Assembly: GCF_963921235.1 (NCBI RefSeq)
Contig: NC_086101.1
Span: 11,224,001 to 11,288,000, forward strand
Direction of reading: 5' to 3'
Length of the DNA stretch: 64,000 bases
DNA from: Mobula hypostoma
Lineage: Eukaryota
A model generated the notes under the pieces. The model saw only the letters and a program-made list of their open reading frames with translations. It ran no database searches and was not told where the DNA came from. Position numbers and translations under genes: made by a program. This document shows positions 63,060 to 64,000 of this stretch, piece after piece; within the stretch, counting starts at the first letter, position 1; each line of letters starts with the position of its first letter.

Positions 63060-64000
63060 GTTTGGAGCAAAAAGACTGTGAGTGAACGGCTGATTTCCGG
63101 AGCGAAGGCAGTATTTTTTTTACTACTCAGGGTAAAAGGGAGGCGACACTGCGCAGGTGCATGACATCAGCCTGTAGAGCGCAAAAGGTTTAAAAAGAAG
63201 ACCGCCATATCCAGCGGACAGCGGAATGATAGGGCTTTGGATCAACGGGCTTAAGCGGTAACGGGACGAGGCGAGGTAGGTCTACCTGTGTTATTTGCGG
63301 AAAGGAGGAAGATGTGTGTGAGGCCAGTTTTCTGTGCTCAGTGTCAGATGTGGGAGGTCCTGGAGTCTCCCAGCCTCCCGGACGGCCATATCTGCACCAG
63401 GTGTGTCGAGCTGCAGCTCTAAGGGACCTTGTTAGGAAACTGGAGATGCAGCTCAATGATCTTCGCCTGGTCAGGGAGAGCGAGGAAGTGATAGAGAGGA
63501 GCTATAGGCAGGTGGTCACACCGGGGCCACAGGCGACAGACATGTGGGTCACAGTCAGGAGAGGGAAGGGGAAGAGTCAGGTACTAGAGAGTACCCCTGT
63601 GGCTGTACCCCTTGACAATAAGAATTCCTGTTTGAGTAATGGGGGGTGGGACAGCCTACCTGGGGGAAGCAACAGTGGCCGTGCCTCTGGCACAGAGTCT
63701 GGCCCTGTGGCTCAGAAGGGTAGGGGAGGGAAGAGAAAGGCAGTAGTGGTAGGCGGCTCTATAGTTAGGGGGTTAGACAGGTGATACTGCGGACGCAGGA
63801 AAGAAACACGAATGATAGTTTGCCTCCCAGGTGCCAGGGTCCGGGACGTTTAAGATCGCGTCCAAGATATCCTGCGTAGGAAGGAGAACAGCCAGAAGTC
63901 ATGGTACACCAGTGACATAGGTAGGAAAAGGGAAGAGGTCCTGAAAAAAGACTACAGGGAGTTCGGAAGGAAGTTGAGAAGCAGGACCACAAAGGTACTA
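63060..64000 (+). mobile_element. CR1 5' UTR and ORF1 (disrupted), runs off the window
   Basis: Homologous to 36200-37000 (LEMQLNDLRLVRESE, STPVAVPLDNK). Confidence 0.92.

Overview
Eukaryotic, repeat-saturated vertebrate DNA. The mix of CR1 LINEs, Penelope-like elements, Rex1/Babar, HE1/V-SINE-like SINEs and Ty3/Gypsy LTR elements, plus the TRIM exon sequences, points to a cartilaginous fish, probably a ray or skate (inference). I see no intact host gene and no intact autonomous transposon. Most of the window is nested, decayed retroelements, many with readable target-site duplications (TSDs). The one host-derived locus (minus strand, about 25981-29572) is barely visible in the ORF track. It is an unprocessed TRIM (coiled-coil/PRY-SPRY) pseudogene with 97-, 234-, 23- and 118-nt exons plus a SPRY exon. 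Its RING/B-box exon has collapsed and is joined directly to a butyrophilin/B7-type IgC exon. Other notable items: a TSD-flanked miniature LTR element with a 167-bp interior, non-identical LTRs and a Tf1/sushi-type self-priming signature; a Gmr1-like Gypsy with integrase before RT; Nimb, RTE and HERO-like LINE tails; an 80-bp-arm palindrome; and an inverted templated patch inside a CR1. I do not claim a new functional system. Family names come from recalled motifs, not searches. Coordinates given with TSDs or splice sites were read from the sequence; ends of decayed repeats are approximate.
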